From an uncultured Sphingomonas sp. (GTDB lineage Bacteria > Pseudomonadota > Alphaproteobacteria > Sphingomonadales > Sphingomonadaceae), in contig NZ_CAKTFO010000008.1 of NCBI RefSeq assembly GCF_934560975.1, positions 21,940 to 85,939 of the forward strand: 64,000 bases of DNA, written 5' to 3'. Positions 28,849 to 40,066 of this stretch are shown in pieces (within the stretch, counting starts at the first letter, position 1; every line of letters starts with the position of its first letter). The position numbers and the translations under genes are program-made. The notes beneath the pieces are model-generated. The model was not told where the DNA came from, searched no databases, and saw nothing but the letters and a program-made list of their open reading frames with translations.

Positions 28849-31845
28849 ATGGGCAAACTGGCCCGTATTGGTGTGACATCGACGACGGCACTCGCGTTCG
28901 CACTGCTGGCCGCGCCGGCCATGTCGCAGACCAGCCCTCCCCCGGCCGAAAGCCTGGGCAACGCTCCTGCCGCGCCTGGCACCAGCCCGGTGGGCTCATT
29001 CACGGCGCAGTCGGCTTCGCCAGCGCCGACCAGCCCGACCCCCGTGCCGCCGGACGGCGCATCGCCCGTGGAGGCGGACGCACCGCAGGAAATCGTGGTG
29101 ACCGGCTTCCGCCGCAGCCTGGCCGAGGGCCTGTCCTTGAAGCGCGAAGCGGTGGGCGTCCGCGATTCGATCGTGGCCGAGGATATCGGCAAGTTTCCGG
29201 AAGCCAACGTCGCGGACTCGCTCCAGCGGATCCCCGGCGTTATCCTCAGCCGCGACGGCGCCTCCAACGAAGGGCAGCGGATCAGCATCCGCGGTCTCGG
29301 CTCCGAGTTCACCACCACCACGATCAACATGGCGCCAGTGCGGACCACGTCCTCGCTCAACGTCGGCAGCTCAAGCCGCGACTTCAATTATGACGTCTTC
29401 CCGTCGGAGCTGTTCGGCCGCGTCGATGTCTACAAGACGCCGCTCGCCAATTTGGAAGAGGGCGGCATCGGCGGCAATGTCGATCTGCAGACGCCCCGTC
29501 CCTTCGACAGCAAGGGTCGGGTCATCAGGTACACCGCGCAGGCGAACTACAATACGGGATCGAAGCGTTGGGGGCCGCGCGGTTCGCTGCTGCTCAGCGA
29601 CACGTTCGGCGACTTCGGCGTGCTGGTCGGCGCCGCTTACTCGAAGACGGTGAACGAGCGGTCGGGCTTCCAGTCGACAGGCGGCTACAATTCGTCCGTG
29701 ATCGGGTCCGGCGGCTACAACACCCCGGCGGGACAGGCGCGGCCGCTGGTAGGTCCGTTCGAGTTCCAGCTCGACCTCGACAATCCCCGGGCCAATTTCG
29801 GCACGCTGACCCGCGCCCAGGTGGCCAACGGCCTGCTGCCACGCTTCTACCGCGTGTTCGCGTCCAGCAACGAGCGTGAGCGGCTGGGGCTGGTGGGGTC
29901 GGTCCAGTACAAGACCGATCACCTGGATATCAGCCTGGACGGCATCTACTCCAAGCTGAAGGACAATACGGACGAGGTCACGTTCGGCGTGCCGATCCGG
30001 AACACGCGCACGGTGGCGGGAACGACCAGCCCGGCCGGACGCGGCACCAATTCCGGCCTGATCCCGCTCGACGTGCGGCTGGACGATTACAACAATCTGT
30101 ATGGCACGTTCGGCAACACCTCGATCCTGACCGAGAGCTTCTACCGGGATGCGGAAACCCGCTTCAGATATGGCATATTGCGCGCCGCATGGGACGTGAC
30201 CGACGCGCTGAAACTGTCCGCGCAGGGCAATCTCAGCAGTAGCCGCGCTTATGGTTCGCAGAACCGCATCGTGGCCAACATCTACGGCATCACCACCACG
30301 TTCGATCCTACCGACAACGTCTCCTACCCCGCGATCGGCACGCCGGTCGACATCACCGATCCGCGCAGCTACACCGATCCGTCGATCGGTTTCGGCGATG
30401 CGTTCGAGACGGACAAGCAGCGAACGGCGCGCGCCGTGCTCGACTGGACCCCGGTTGACGACGGCAAGCAGATGTTCGCGCTCAAACTGGGCGGCAGTTA
30501 CGTCTCCACCGAGAAGGAGATTTCGCGGCGCGATGCAAGCGCACTCGGCGCGAGTCGCACCCTGCCCGGCGGGGGCACGTTCCGAACGCTCGACGTCTTC
30601 TCGTACATGGACCCCCATGTGCAGTTCGGGCGCCTGCGCAACGGCGGCAATGCCGGCTTTCCGTCCCAATTCGCGACCTTTTCGCGCGATTTCGTGCTGA
30701 ACACGCTGGATGCGAACGGCGCCAACCGTGCCGCGCCAGTGCTCCTCAACGGCTCGTTCAAGGCGGAGGAGGTCGTCAAGACGGGGTTCTTCGAGGTCAA
30801 TTTCAAACTGCCGCTGTTCGGCAGCGAATTGCGCGGCAATGCCGGCGTCCGCTATTCGGACACACGGACGATCATCAACAATTATGTCAGCGCCGGCGGC
30901 GGCAACTTCCAACCGGCGGAGCGCCGGGGCGGCTATGACAATTGGCTCCCCTCCGCCAGCCTGTCGTTCGACGTCACGCCAAAGCTGACCATTCGCGCAT
31001 CGGCGGGGCAGACGATCACCCGCAACGCCCTGTCGACGATCGCCGGCAGCACGGTCGTGCCCAACGTGTTCAGCGCGGACGTGACCGTCGGCAATCCGGA
31101 CCTGCTGCCGCAACTGTCGGATCAATATGATCTGGTTGGCGAGTGGTATTTCGCGCCGGGCGCCCTGATCAGCGTCGGCGTGTTCCAGAAGGACATCCAG
31201 AACCGGCCGTTCGCGTTCCAGGACTTCGTGGCATTCGGCTCGCTGGGCCTGCCGTCAAGCGCGTTCAACGCGCCGTCCCTGGGCTTTGCCGACGGCACCA
31301 TCCCGGGGGATTTCCAGATCCGCCGAACCCTGACGATCAATCAGGGCGAGTTGAACCTCAAGGGCCTGGAAGTCGGCTACCAGCAGAATTTCACTTTCCT
31401 GCCGGCACCTTTCGACGGCCTGGGCGTGACGAGCAGCTTCACCTATATCGACCAGAAGGGCGGCGACTTCGTCACGTCACAGGGGACGCGCACCTCCATC
31501 TCGTTCGTGCCCGATTATTCCTACAGCATTACCGGTTTCTACGAAAAGGGGCCGTTCTCCCTCCGCGCCTCCTATAATTACCGGGGAAAGACGGGCACGT
31601 CGTTCAACAATCTCGGCAATGACCAGATCGTCTACTTCGCGCCGCAGGGCTATCTGGATGCGACGGTGAGCTACCGCATCAACGACTTCATCGAATTGCG
31701 CGTCGATGCGCTGAACCTCACCAACGTGAACACCTATACCTATTACGAAAACCCGGATCAGCCGAGCGGCAACGGCAAGTCGCGCCGGGACAACAGCTTC
31801 TTCAACGGGACGACCGTCTCGTTCGGCATCCGCGGCAGGTTCTGA
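28849..31845 (+). CDS. TonB-dependent receptor (carbohydrate type)
   Basis: EIVVTGFRRSL, AEDIGKFPEANVADSLQRIPG, GNPDL, C-terminal F; GAGGAGG RBS. Confidence 0.95.
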   Translation: MGKLARIGVTSTTALAFALLAAPAMSQTSPPPAESLGNAPAAPGTSPVGSFTAQSASPAPTSPTPVPPDGASPVEADAPQEIVVTGFRRSLAEGLSLKREAVGVRDSIVAEDIGKFPEANVADSLQRIPGVILSRDGASNEGQRISIRGLGSEFTTTTINMAPVRTTSSLNVGSSSRDFNYDVFPSELFGRVDVYKTPLANLEEGGIGGNVDLQTPRPFDSKGRVIRYTAQANYNTGSKRWGPRGSLLLSDTFGDFGVLVGAAYSKTVNERSGFQSTGGYNSSVIGSGGYNTPAGQARPLVGPFEFQLDLDNPRANFGTLTRAQVANGLLPRFYRVFASSNERERLGLVGSVQYKTDHLDISLDGIYSKLKDNTDEVTFGVPIRNTRTVAGTTSPAGRGTNSGLIPLDVRLDDYNNLYGTFGNTSILTESFYRDAETRFRYGILRAAWDVTDALKLSAQGNLSSSRAYGSQNRIVANIYGITTTFDPTDNVSYPAIGTPVDITDPRSYTDPSIGFGDAFETDKQRTARAVLDWTPVDDGKQMFALKLGGSYVSTEKEISRRDASALGASRTLPGGGTFRTLDVFSYMDPHVQFGRLRNGGNAGFPSQFATFSRDFVLNTLDANGANRAAPVLLNGSFKAEEVVKTGFFEVNFKLPLFGSELRGNAGVRYSDTRTIINNYVSAGGGNFQPAERRGGYDNWLPSASLSFDVTPKLTIRASAGQTITRNALSTIAGSTVVPNVFSADVTVGNPDLLPQLSDQYDLVGEWYFAPGALISVGVFQKDIQNRPFAFQDFVAFGSLGLPSSAFNAPSLGFADGTIPGDFQIRRTLTINQGELNLKGLEVGYQQNFTFLPAPFDGLGVTSSFTYIDQKGGDFVTSQGTRTSISFVPDYSYSITGFYEKGPFSLRASYNYRGKTGTSFNNLGNDQIVYFAPQGYLDATVSYRINDFIELRVDALNLTNVNTYTYYENPDQPSGNGKSRRDNSFFNGTTVSFGIRGRF

Positions 31846-32024
31846 GCGCCGTCCGGGCACGTCCGGCCTGACATGCCGGATGTGCCGGGCGCGGAAAGGC
31901 GGTAGGCTCTCGCCCCGCAAGCGAACTCGACAGGCCGGCATGAAGCCGCTGCCCCCAGCGGCGGCTTCATCTCGCCATTCCCGAACTGGCGACCGCCGGC
32001 CCCAAGACTTCTGGAGAAACATGC

Positions 32025-33155
32025 ATGATCGGCCGACTTCTGACACCCGTCGCGATCGTCGTCGCGGCCGCCTCCCCTACCTTGGTCCACGCCGAAGCGA
32101 CGCCGATCGCGACGGCGACGCGGATGGCGGAATGGCAGCTCGCGCGGCTGAAGGATCCGGGCCGCGCCAGCAAGGCGACCACCAACCCACGGTCGTGGGA
32201 GCAGGCCGTGTTCTGGGTCGGCATGACCGCTCTGGCGGATGCCGGGGCGCCGCCGCAGATCAAGGCCGCCATCCTCGAAATGGGGCGGGCCAATGGCTGG
32301 CAACCGGGCGCGAAGCCCTATTTCGCCGACGACCATGCGATCACGCAAAGCTATTTGTGGGCGGCGGAGCATGGCGCGGGTGCCGCGGCGCGCAGCCCGA
32401 CCCAGGCGACGTTCGACCAGGTGGTCAACAAGCCCTCCGTCACCACCCTGGCCTTCTACGTCCCGCCGGAAGGATATGACGCCGCCGAATGCCTCACCCG
32501 CTGGTGCTGGTGCGACGCGCTGTTCATGGCGCCGCCCGCGCTGCTGGAATTGAGCCGTCAATCCGGCGATCTCCGCTACCGCGCGTTCGCGCTGCGCGAG
32601 TTCTGGGCGACCACCGACTTCCTGTACGACCCCGTGGAACGCCTTTATTACCGGGACAGCCGCTTCTTCGAGCGGCGCGACCAGCAGCAGCGCAAACAAT
32701 TCTGGTCGCGCGGCAATGGCTGGGTCTTCGCCGGCCTGGCGCGCAGCATCCCGCTGATCCCCAAGGACAGTCCCGATCGCCGGCGGATGGAGGCGTTGTT
32801 CAAGGAGATGGCGGCCAAGCTGCGCACCTTGCAGAAACCGGACGGCTATTGGGCCCCGTCGCTGCTGGCGCCGGAAAACGCCCCGCCCGAAGCTAGCGGC
32901 ACGGGCTTCTTCACCTACGGCATGGCGTGGGGCGTGCGCACCGGCCTGTTGCCCCGCGCGGAATATGAGCCCGTCGCCCGCCGGGGGTGGACGGCCATGC
33001 AGCGGGCGGTGCAACCCGATGGCGGCCTCGGCTGGGTCCAGCAGGTGAGCGACCGGCCCGACAAGGTGGAGGCCAAGGACACGCAATATTACGGCGTCGG
33101 CGCATTCCTGCTCGCCGCGACCGAGATTGCGGCGCTCGATCGCACAGCCCGCTGA
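32025..33155 (+). CDS. GH105/GH88 unsaturated glucuronyl/rhamnogalacturonyl hydrolase
   Basis: [39 protein letters not shown]; signal peptide. Confidence 0.88.
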   Translation: MIGRLLTPVAIVVAAASPTLVHAEATPIATATRMAEWQLARLKDPGRASKATTNPRSWEQAVFWVGMTALADAGAPPQIKAAILEMGRANGWQPGAKPYFADDHAITQSYLWAAEHGAGAAARSPTQATFDQVVNKPSVTTLAFYVPPEGYDAAECLTRWCWCDALFMAPPALLELSRQSGDLRYRAFALREFWATTDFLYDPVERLYYRDSRFFERRDQQQRKQFWSRGNGWVFAGLARSIPLIPKDSPDRRRMEALFKEMAAKLRTLQKPDGYWAPSLLAPENAPPEASGTGFFTYGMAWGVRTGLLPRAEYEPVARRGWTAMQRAVQPDGGLGWVQQVSDRPDKVEAKDTQYYGVGAFLLAATEIAALDRTAR

Positions 33156-33169
33156 TCGAGGATCCAGGC

Positions 33170-34006
33170 GTGTATCAGAAGACGTTCTACGGCACTCACC
33201 CCGACATGATGGCGGGCGCATCCAACCAGGATCTGCGCGACCGCCATCTGGTGACCGGATTGTTCCGCGACGGCCAGGTCGTGCTGACCTATTCGCATGG
33301 GGAACGGTTCATCATCGGCGGGGCCGTCCCCACGGGCTCGCCGCTGCCGCTGCCGGTGCAGACCGAGCCGGAAAGCAGCGCGGGCCACCCGCTGCTGGAA
33401 CGGCGCGAACTCGGCGTGGTCAATATCGGGGCGGGCGAAGGCACCATAACGGTGGACGGGCACAGCTTCGTTCTGGCGCGCCATGAGGCCTTGTATGTGC
33501 CCATGGGCTCGCGCGACGTGACCTTTGCGGGCATGGGTGCGCGCTTCTACCTGTTGAGCGTGCCTGCCCATGCGGCGTTTCCGTTGCGCAAGGTGACGCT
33601 GGGCGACACCGATCCGATGCGGCGCGGCAGCGCGGACACCTCCAACGACCGCATGATCTACCAGCTGGTTCTGCCGCACCTCTGCACCAGTGCGTCCCTG
33701 TGCCTGGGGCTGACGCAGCTGAAGCCGGGATCGGTGTGGAACACCATGCCGCCCCATGTTCATGAGCGTCGCAGCGAGATCTACCTGTATTGCGACCTTC
33801 CGGCGGACAATCGCGTGTTCCACTATATGGGGCAGCCGGACGCTTTGCGCCACATCGTCGTCCGGGACGAGGAAGCCGTGATCTCGCCGCCCTGGTCGGT
33901 CCACATGGGCGCCGGCACCAGCAACTACACCTTCATCTGGGCGATGGCGGGCGAGAACCAGGATTATAACGACATGGACGTGTGCGACATCTGCCAGCTG
34001 CGTTGA
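33170..34006 (+). CDS. kduI: 5-dehydro-4-deoxy-D-glucuronate isomerase
   Basis: [52 protein letters not shown] start. Confidence 0.92.
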   Translation: MYQKTFYGTHPDMMAGASNQDLRDRHLVTGLFRDGQVVLTYSHGERFIIGGAVPTGSPLPLPVQTEPESSAGHPLLERRELGVVNIGAGEGTITVDGHSFVLARHEALYVPMGSRDVTFAGMGARFYLLSVPAHAAFPLRKVTLGDTDPMRRGSADTSNDRMIYQLVLPHLCTSASLCLGLTQLKPGSVWNTMPPHVHERRSEIYLYCDLPADNRVFHYMGQPDALRHIVVRDEEAVISPPWSVHMGAGTSNYTFIWAMAGENQDYNDMDVCDICQLR

Positions 34007-34439
34007 GCAATTCGGGATCTTTCCAGGCGAGGGACGGCGGCTGAGGTTTTGGGGCGGACCGTCGCGATCCGGGCGGGATCGCGATGGTACGTCCGTGTCC
34101 AGGCGGGTGCATCCGGCCCGAAGCCCTTGCCGAACCGCACGCCGTCCCCGACGCGGACGGCATCGTCCGGCGGACGGACCATCACGAGGTGCGCCGCGCG
34201 TGAACTATGCCCTGCCCCCGCTCGGTCACAGGGCTCGCCGACGCGCTTGCCCAGTTCCGCGGCGGAGCGTGGAGAACATGGCGGAGGCGGCCCGCGTGCT
34301 TGCCGAACGCGCGGGTCGGAGCCGGACGTCCGCCTGACTCACGCATTTCACGCCGGCCTCGGCATCACAGAACAGGCCTGAAGCGGGCCGGTCCCCGCAT
34401 CGATCCGGCCCACCGATCGCCGTCAGGCGCGCGCGGCGA

Positions 34440-36206
34440 TCACACCAGTGCGGCGCCGAAATCCGAACGTCGGCGGCGCTGCGCATTCTCTAGCCCGCGA
34501 TTGAGCGCCTGGCGGATGCGGTCGAGCAACTCGGAGCGGCGATACGGCTTGCTGACCACGTCGGTCGCCCGCGCGCGCGGGCCGTTTACCACCAATTCCT
34601 CATTATAGCCGGTGGTCATCAGGATCGACACGGACGGATCGCGCTCGCAGATCGCGTCGGCCAGCGCGAGGCCGTTCATGCCGCCGGGCATGACCAGGTC
34701 GGTGAACAAAAGGTCGATCCGCGCTTCGCCATGCGTGGCTTCAAAGAAGCGCAGCGCCTCCTCCCCGTTCAATGCCGTGGACACGCGATAGCCCGCGCTC
34801 TCCAGGATCTCGCGCGCGACCACCAACACCTCCTCATGATCTTCGACGACAAGGATGTGCTGCGGCTCGCGTTCGTCGATCACCGCCATGGCGGGGACGT
34901 GCGGCTTCGCGTCGATACTCCGGTCCTCCACCGGCTGCTCTGGCTGCAATGCGGGAAACAGCATCCGGATCGTGGTGCCCTTGCCGGGCGTGCTGTCGAT
35001 CTCCAACCGCCCGCCGGACTGGCGCACGAACCCGCTCGCCATCGCCAGGCCCAATCCCGTGCCCTTGCCCGTGCCCTTGGTGGTGAAGAACGGCTCGGTG
35101 GCGCGTTCCAGCACCGCGGCCGGCATGCCCTGCCCCTGATCCTCGACCTCCAGCGCGACATAGTCGCCCGGCGGCAGCTCATGCGCCTCGCCCTCGCCCT
35201 CCAGCCGGACGGGCTTCGTCAGGATGGTGACCACGCCGCCATCGGGCATGGCGTCGCAGGCGTTGTTGACGATGTTGAGCAGCGCCATTTCCAGCTGGTC
35301 GGGATCGATCACCACATGGCGCAGACCACGCCGTAGGCTGAGGTGGATGTCGACCTGCTTGTTGACCGCGCTCTCGATCAGCTCGCAGAACTCCGTCACC
35401 AGTTGCGTCAGGTCGAGCGGGCGGGGCTCCAGCCGGGTCTTGCGGGCAAAGGCCAGCAGTTGCCGGGTCAGCTTGGCGCCGCGCTCGGCGGCGGACTGCG
35501 CCGCCGCGACATAGCGTTTGATCCGTACCGGATCGTTGGTCGCCGTCACCAGCTCAAGGTTGCCATTCACGACCTGCAGCAGATTATTGAAGTCATGGGC
35601 CAGGCCGGCCGTCAGCTGCCCGATCGACTCCATCTTCTGCGCCTGCCGGAACGACTGCTCCGTATTCCGGCGGCGGGTGACGTCCAGCTGGCTGGCGAAG
35701 AAATAGAGCAGATCGCCGTCCGTATTGTACACCGGGCCGATGAAAACCGCGTTCCAGAACGGTGTGCCGTCGCGACGATAGTTCAGCAATTCCAGCGCGA
35801 TGGAAGATTTTGCCTCCACCGTGTCCCGCATTTCGGCAACGGCATTGCGGTCGGTCTGCGCACCCTGGAGGAAGCGGCAGTTGCGACCGAGCACCTCATC
35901 CTCCTCATAGCCGGTAAGGTCGAGAAAGGCCTTGTTGGCGAACACGATCGGATTGTCCGGCTTGTTCGGATCCGTCAGGATCATGGGCATGCGGGTCATC
36001 TCGATCGCCGCGAAGAAGACGCCGCCGCGTTCGTCCAGATTGGGATCGGTGATCGTGCTTTCGCGCCAGTGATGCAGCCCCGGCCGTTCGATCGGCTCGT
36101 TCGCGCCCGTATCCATGCTGCCTTTGGCGGGACGACCCGCCGCAAGTCCGGTCCGGTCTACATCCGTGTGCGGGCCATGATCGTCCGGTTCGCCTTGATC
36201 GGTCAT
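34440..36206 (-). CDS. LOV-domain (blue-light) hybrid histidine kinase with receiver
   Basis: GRNCRFLQG LOV motif, AHDFNNLL H-box, PFFTTK...GTGLGL, C-terminal REC; start uncertain. Confidence 0.92.
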   Translation of the reverse strand: MTDQGEPDDHGPHTDVDRTGLAAGRPAKGSMDTGANEPIERPGLHHWRESTITDPNLDERGGVFFAAIEMTRMPMILTDPNKPDNPIVFANKAFLDLTGYEEDEVLGRNCRFLQGAQTDRNAVAEMRDTVEAKSSIALELLNYRRDGTPFWNAVFIGPVYNTDGDLLYFFASQLDVTRRRNTEQSFRQAQKMESIGQLTAGLAHDFNNLLQVVNGNLELVTATNDPVRIKRYVAAAQSAAERGAKLTRQLLAFARKTRLEPRPLDLTQLVTEFCELIESAVNKQVDIHLSLRRGLRHVVIDPDQLEMALLNIVNNACDAMPDGGVVTILTKPVRLEGEGEAHELPPGDYVALEVEDQGQGMPAAVLERATEPFFTTKGTGKGTGLGLAMASGFVRQSGGRLEIDSTPGKGTTIRMLFPALQPEQPVEDRSIDAKPHVPAMAVIDEREPQHILVVEDHEEVLVVAREILESAGYRVSTALNGEEALRFFEATHGEARIDLLFTDLVMPGGMNGLALADAICERDPSVSILMTTGYNEELVVNGPRARATDVVSKPYRRSELLDRIRQALNRGLENAQRRRRSDFGAALV

Positions 36207-36491
36207 GATGCAAGGCGGTACGCCGCGATCCATGTTTGTCCAGCAAGATTCGATGCATAAGGGTGGAGTCCCTGCTCCCCGGATGCCTGGGCAGGGGCAC
36301 CCCAGACGCACGCCATGCCGGCGTAACGGACGCGCTTTAGCTCTGCCAGCGAGCGAGCCGGTGCCGGCCGGTCAATGGCGCCGTATCAGGATCGAGGCGA
36401 AACCGCACCGCGTCGCTGAGGCGGAGCATCCTCTGGCCACCCGCAATCCCAATTAGCGGCACCCTCGGCCCGCTAGATCGTGTGGATGTCG

Positions 36492-36516
36492 GCAACGCTT
36501 TGCGTCTCGGCGGGTT
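36492..36516 (+). promoter_or_regulatory. EcfG-type general stress promoter
   Basis: GCAAC-N16-GGTT upstream of a YciF-like gene. Confidence 0.5.
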
Positions 36517-36575
36517 GAGCCGTTCTGCCGCACCGATGCGCGCGGCAGAGTTTCCGCGAGCCCCCAACACGGAGC

Positions 36576-37085
36576 ATGGCCATGTCGACCCCCGAAGATC
36601 TCAAGGATCTCTACACTGACGAACTCAAGGACCTCTGGTCGGCCAACGACCAGATGAAGCGTCTCGTCAAGAAGATCACGACCAAGGCCAGCGACGCCAA
36701 GCTCAAGGAGATGCTCCAGCATTCCGTGGAGGGCATCGACAAGCATACCGACGTGCTGAAGGAGCTGCTCGCCGCGCAGGACGAAAAGACCGCCAAGGAG
36801 CATTGCAAGGGCATGGAGGGCCTGGTCGAGGAAGCGACCAAGCATATCGTCGAGGAGGGTCCGAAAAAGGGACCGTTGCTGGACGCGATCATCATCGCCC
36901 AATATCAGCGCATGACCCATTACGGCATTGCCGGCTTCGGCACCGCGGCCGCCTATGCGGAGGCGCTTGGCCTGTCGGATGACACCGCCAGGCTGAAGGA
37001 GGCGACCGACGAAATCTATGGCGGCGACGAATATATGAACAAGCTTGCCGAAACCTCGGTCAACCTCCAGGCCGCCGAAGACTGA
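36576..37085 (+). CDS. YciE/YciF (DUF892) ferritin-like stress protein
   Basis: LYTDELKDLWSA, CKGMEGLVEE, QRMTHYGIAGFGT. Confidence 0.88.
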   Translation: MAMSTPEDLKDLYTDELKDLWSANDQMKRLVKKITTKASDAKLKEMLQHSVEGIDKHTDVLKELLAAQDEKTAKEHCKGMEGLVEEATKHIVEEGPKKGPLLDAIIIAQYQRMTHYGIAGFGTAAAYAEALGLSDDTARLKEATDEIYGGDEYMNKLAETSVNLQAAED

Positions 37086-37247
37086 GGACCCACTCACTCG
37101 TTCTTGCACCGCCGGTTCCGATCGGAACCGGCGGAAAGGATCAAACTGCGGCAGCGTCCCTTCGGCCCTGCCTGCCCCATTGAACGAGGAAGCCGGCATC
37201 GGGCGGACCGGCTATTGTTCCGCTGCCCGCCCCAAGGCCCCGGCCCT

Positions 37248-38777
37248 TTACGACGCCGGCCGCCGGGCAGTGTTTGATTGGATGATGCGGAACTCGCCGC
37301 CGAGATGCATCATGCTCATCAGGTAGAGCATGCCGTCGAAATAACGCTGCTCGCCGGTCGGCAAGGGCATGTCCCATAACTCCTGCAGGAACGCCCTGGA
37401 CACAGGTCCGGGCGCGGCCGCGAAGCCCCCAACCGCCGCCGCCGCGACCATGCCGGGCGAATGGCGCCGGGACAGCGGCTTGCCGTCCAGCGTATATTGG
37501 TCGGGAAAGCTCTTGATGCCCTGGCCGAACAGGAAATGCTGGTTGCGGTCGCTCAAAGTCCGCTGCCGCGCATCCTTGCCGAACCAGGCCCAGTCGACCG
37601 ACCAGTTGCTCACCGTCCGCCAGCTGTCATAGCCGAACTCGACCGGCTTGCCGTCGCGGCCGGTGATGCGCGATCCATCGAAATGGCTGCGTTCGGGCGA
37701 CAAGGCGGTATTGGGCCCCACCACCTTCACCAGCAGGTCGCGGCTGACGTCCGCCGCCTTGCTCCAGAAGGCACGGTCCTGCTCCGGCCCCCACCGCGCC
37801 CACAATTCATAGAAGTGCGGCAGGTGATAGGAAGCGTCGGTGGTGTTGATGCTGGTTTCCGGCACGAACCGGATCATGGCGTGGCTTTCCTCCACCATCG
37901 GCCCGACCGTCACCGGCGCGTTCTGGCGGACCATGCCGTACCAGGCGGGTGGCCACGGCGTGCCCTTGGCGGCCGCCTCCGCCGCCGCGGTGCGGTTGTT
38001 GGGGCTTGGCCACGGCATGGAAGGCGGGATCAACGGCGCGTCGCCGGGATGGATGCGGAACGGCGGCGTGCCCGTCATCACCGCGCGGTGACGCATTCCG
38101 GTCAGGATCTTGTCGGCTTCCGCCTTGTAATCGTAGATGCCCTGGCCGTTGCCCCATCGGTTCGCGGCGAAATACAGCGCCATGGCATAATATTCCTCAC
38201 CGTCGGGCGCCGCGCCGACCGAACGTGGGCGGCCATCCGTGCTCATCGACCAGGCGAAATAGCCGAAGGAGGGATTGGCGGGGTCCGTCACCTGCATATG
38301 GGTCTTGGACCAATTCCACAGCGCATCGAATTCGCGCTTCTTGTTCAGCTGGACGGCGATCATCATGCCGTAGCTCATGCCTTCGGACCGCGCGTCGTTG
38401 TTGGCCCAGTCGGTGATGTAGGCGAGCGGACCGTCGGCGTTCACCCCGGTCTCGAAATACACCGTCTCCTCCTGGCCGTCGCCGTGGAAGAAGCGTTGAA
38501 ACGCCGCCTCGATCTTGGCGCGCGTGTCCTGCTCCGACTTGCCGAGCTGCTCGGCGAACAGGTTGCGGTGGCGCCCTGTGGCGAAGGCGCCCGTCCCGTC
38601 GCCGGGAAAGCGCCGCACCTCTCCCAAGGGTGCGTCGACATGGGTCTGCTCGCCCAGGGGGTTGGTGGAGAGGGCGGGCTTGGCCGTCGGTGCCGCCGGC
38701 GCCTGAGCCTGGACGGGAACGGCTGCCAGCATGATCCCCAGAGCGAACCCGGAAACAATTCCCATACGTCTCACCAC
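37248..38777 (-). CDS. Secreted GH8 (Rex/xylanase-like) glycoside hydrolase
   Basis: RSEGMSYGMM, APDGEEY, TDASYHLPHFYELW, YDSWR, RYFDGMLY; GGAGG RBS before GTG; signal peptide. Confidence 0.88.
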   Translation of the reverse strand: MVRRMGIVSGFALGIMLAAVPVQAQAPAAPTAKPALSTNPLGEQTHVDAPLGEVRRFPGDGTGAFATGRHRNLFAEQLGKSEQDTRAKIEAAFQRFFHGDGQEETVYFETGVNADGPLAYITDWANNDARSEGMSYGMMIAVQLNKKREFDALWNWSKTHMQVTDPANPSFGYFAWSMSTDGRPRSVGAAPDGEEYYAMALYFAANRWGNGQGIYDYKAEADKILTGMRHRAVMTGTPPFRIHPGDAPLIPPSMPWPSPNNRTAAAEAAAKGTPWPPAWYGMVRQNAPVTVGPMVEESHAMIRFVPETSINTTDASYHLPHFYELWARWGPEQDRAFWSKAADVSRDLLVKVVGPNTALSPERSHFDGSRITGRDGKPVEFGYDSWRTVSNWSVDWAWFGKDARQRTLSDRNQHFLFGQGIKSFPDQYTLDGKPLSRRHSPGMVAAAAVGGFAAAPGPVSRAFLQELWDMPLPTGEQRYFDGMLYLMSMMHLGGEFRIIQSNTARRPAS

Positions 38778-38895
38778 GGCATCCTCCTGTGTCGCGAGCA
38801 TCTTCGGCCCGGTTTGAGATCCTTTTGGCATGGTGGCGGTTCGTCGAACAACTACCAAGCAGCCTGCCGCATGTGACGGCGACCCCAAAAGGCAG

Positions 38896-38920
38896 GGAAA
38901 GCGAACGCTGATCCTTCGTT
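38896..38920 (+). promoter_or_regulatory. EcfG-type general stress promoter
   Basis: GGAAA-N16-CGTT, 30 nt before the MDR gene start. Confidence 0.5.
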
Positions 38921-38949
38921 GAGCCGGGGTTAAGCCACGGAGTTCGAGC

Positions 38950-39957
38950 ATGAAGGCGATGGTGTTGCAGTCCGCAGCAGGGTTGGACCGGCTGACCTTG
39001 GCAGACAGACCCGATCCGGGCGTCCCCGGCGCGGGCGAGATCCGGGTGGCGCTGCACGGCAGCTCGCTCAACTTCCATGATCTGGGCGTCGCGACGGGGC
39101 GCATGCCGAGCGCAGATGGCCGCGTCCCGCTAGCTGACGGCGCAGGCGTGGTCGATGCGGTCGGTGACGGCGTGACCGAGTTCCAGGCGGGTGACAACGT
39201 GGTGTCCTGCTTCTTCCCGGACTGGCAGGACGGCACGCCCACCGTGGGCGACTTCCGGCGTACCCCGGGCGACGGCATTGACGGCTTCGCGCAGGAACAT
39301 GTGGTCCTGCCCGCCACCGCCTTTACCCACTCGCCGGCAGCCTATGACGCGGTGGAGGCGGCGACGATCACCACCGCGGGGCTCACCGCCTGGCGGGCGC
39401 TGATCGTGGACGGCAGGCTCAAGGCGGGAGACACGGTGCTGTTGCTCGGCACGGGCGGCGTGTCGATCTGGGCGCTGCAGATCGCCAAGCTGATGGGCGC
39501 GACCGTCGCGATCACCTCCTCGTCTGGCGAAAAGCTGGAGCGGGCGCAGGATCTCGGCGCCGACTTCTGCGTCAACTATCGCGAGCAGCAGCAGTGGGGA
39601 AAGACGATCCGCGACTGGACGGGCGGCCGCGGTGTCCACCATGTCGTCGAGGTCGGCGGGCCGGGCACGCTCGCCCAGTCGATCGAGGCGGTGCGCGTCG
39701 GCGGGCACATCTCCCTGATCGGCGTGCTCACCGGTGCCGCGGGCGAGGTGCCGACCGCCGCGCTGATGGCAAAGCAGGCGCGCTTACAGGGCCTGATCGT
39801 CGGCAGCCGGCGCGAGCAGCAGGATTTCGTGCGCGCACTGGACAGCAGCGGCATCCGCCCGGTCGTGGATCGCCGCTTCCCCCTGGAGCAACTGGCCGAC
39901 GCCTTCCGCTATGAGACGAGTGGTAGGCATTTCGGCAAGATCGGGATCGAATGGTGA
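38950..39957 (+). CDS. MDR family NAD(P)-dependent oxidoreductase
   Basis: SLNFHD, DGAGVV, AGLTAW, GTGGVS, HFGKI. Confidence 0.9.
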   Translation: MKAMVLQSAAGLDRLTLADRPDPGVPGAGEIRVALHGSSLNFHDLGVATGRMPSADGRVPLADGAGVVDAVGDGVTEFQAGDNVVSCFFPDWQDGTPTVGDFRRTPGDGIDGFAQEHVVLPATAFTHSPAAYDAVEAATITTAGLTAWRALIVDGRLKAGDTVLLLGTGGVSIWALQIAKLMGATVAITSSSGEKLERAQDLGADFCVNYREQQQWGKTIRDWTGGRGVHHVVEVGGPGTLAQSIEAVRVGGHISLIGVLTGAAGEVPTAALMAKQARLQGLIVGSRREQQDFVRALDSSGIRPVVDRRFPLEQLADAFRYETSGRHFGKIGIEW

Positions 39958-40066
39958 TGCAATGCAGGCCGGGCTTGTAGCGGGAGTGACCCTCGCTGCG
40001 CTACGACGCCGGCCTCGCCGCCTCTGGCCTACGCCGTGCTGCCCACCACGCCCACCGGTACGGGCT

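Noticed and set aside
34260..34381. Possible second AraC remnant (MAEAARVLAE / LTHAFHAGLGIT)
   Set aside because: Too short and degenerate to support by eye.
37248..39317. 689-aa GH8 with long N-terminal extension
   Set aside because: Extension overlaps the opposite-strand MDR gene; RBS and signal peptide place the start at about 38777.
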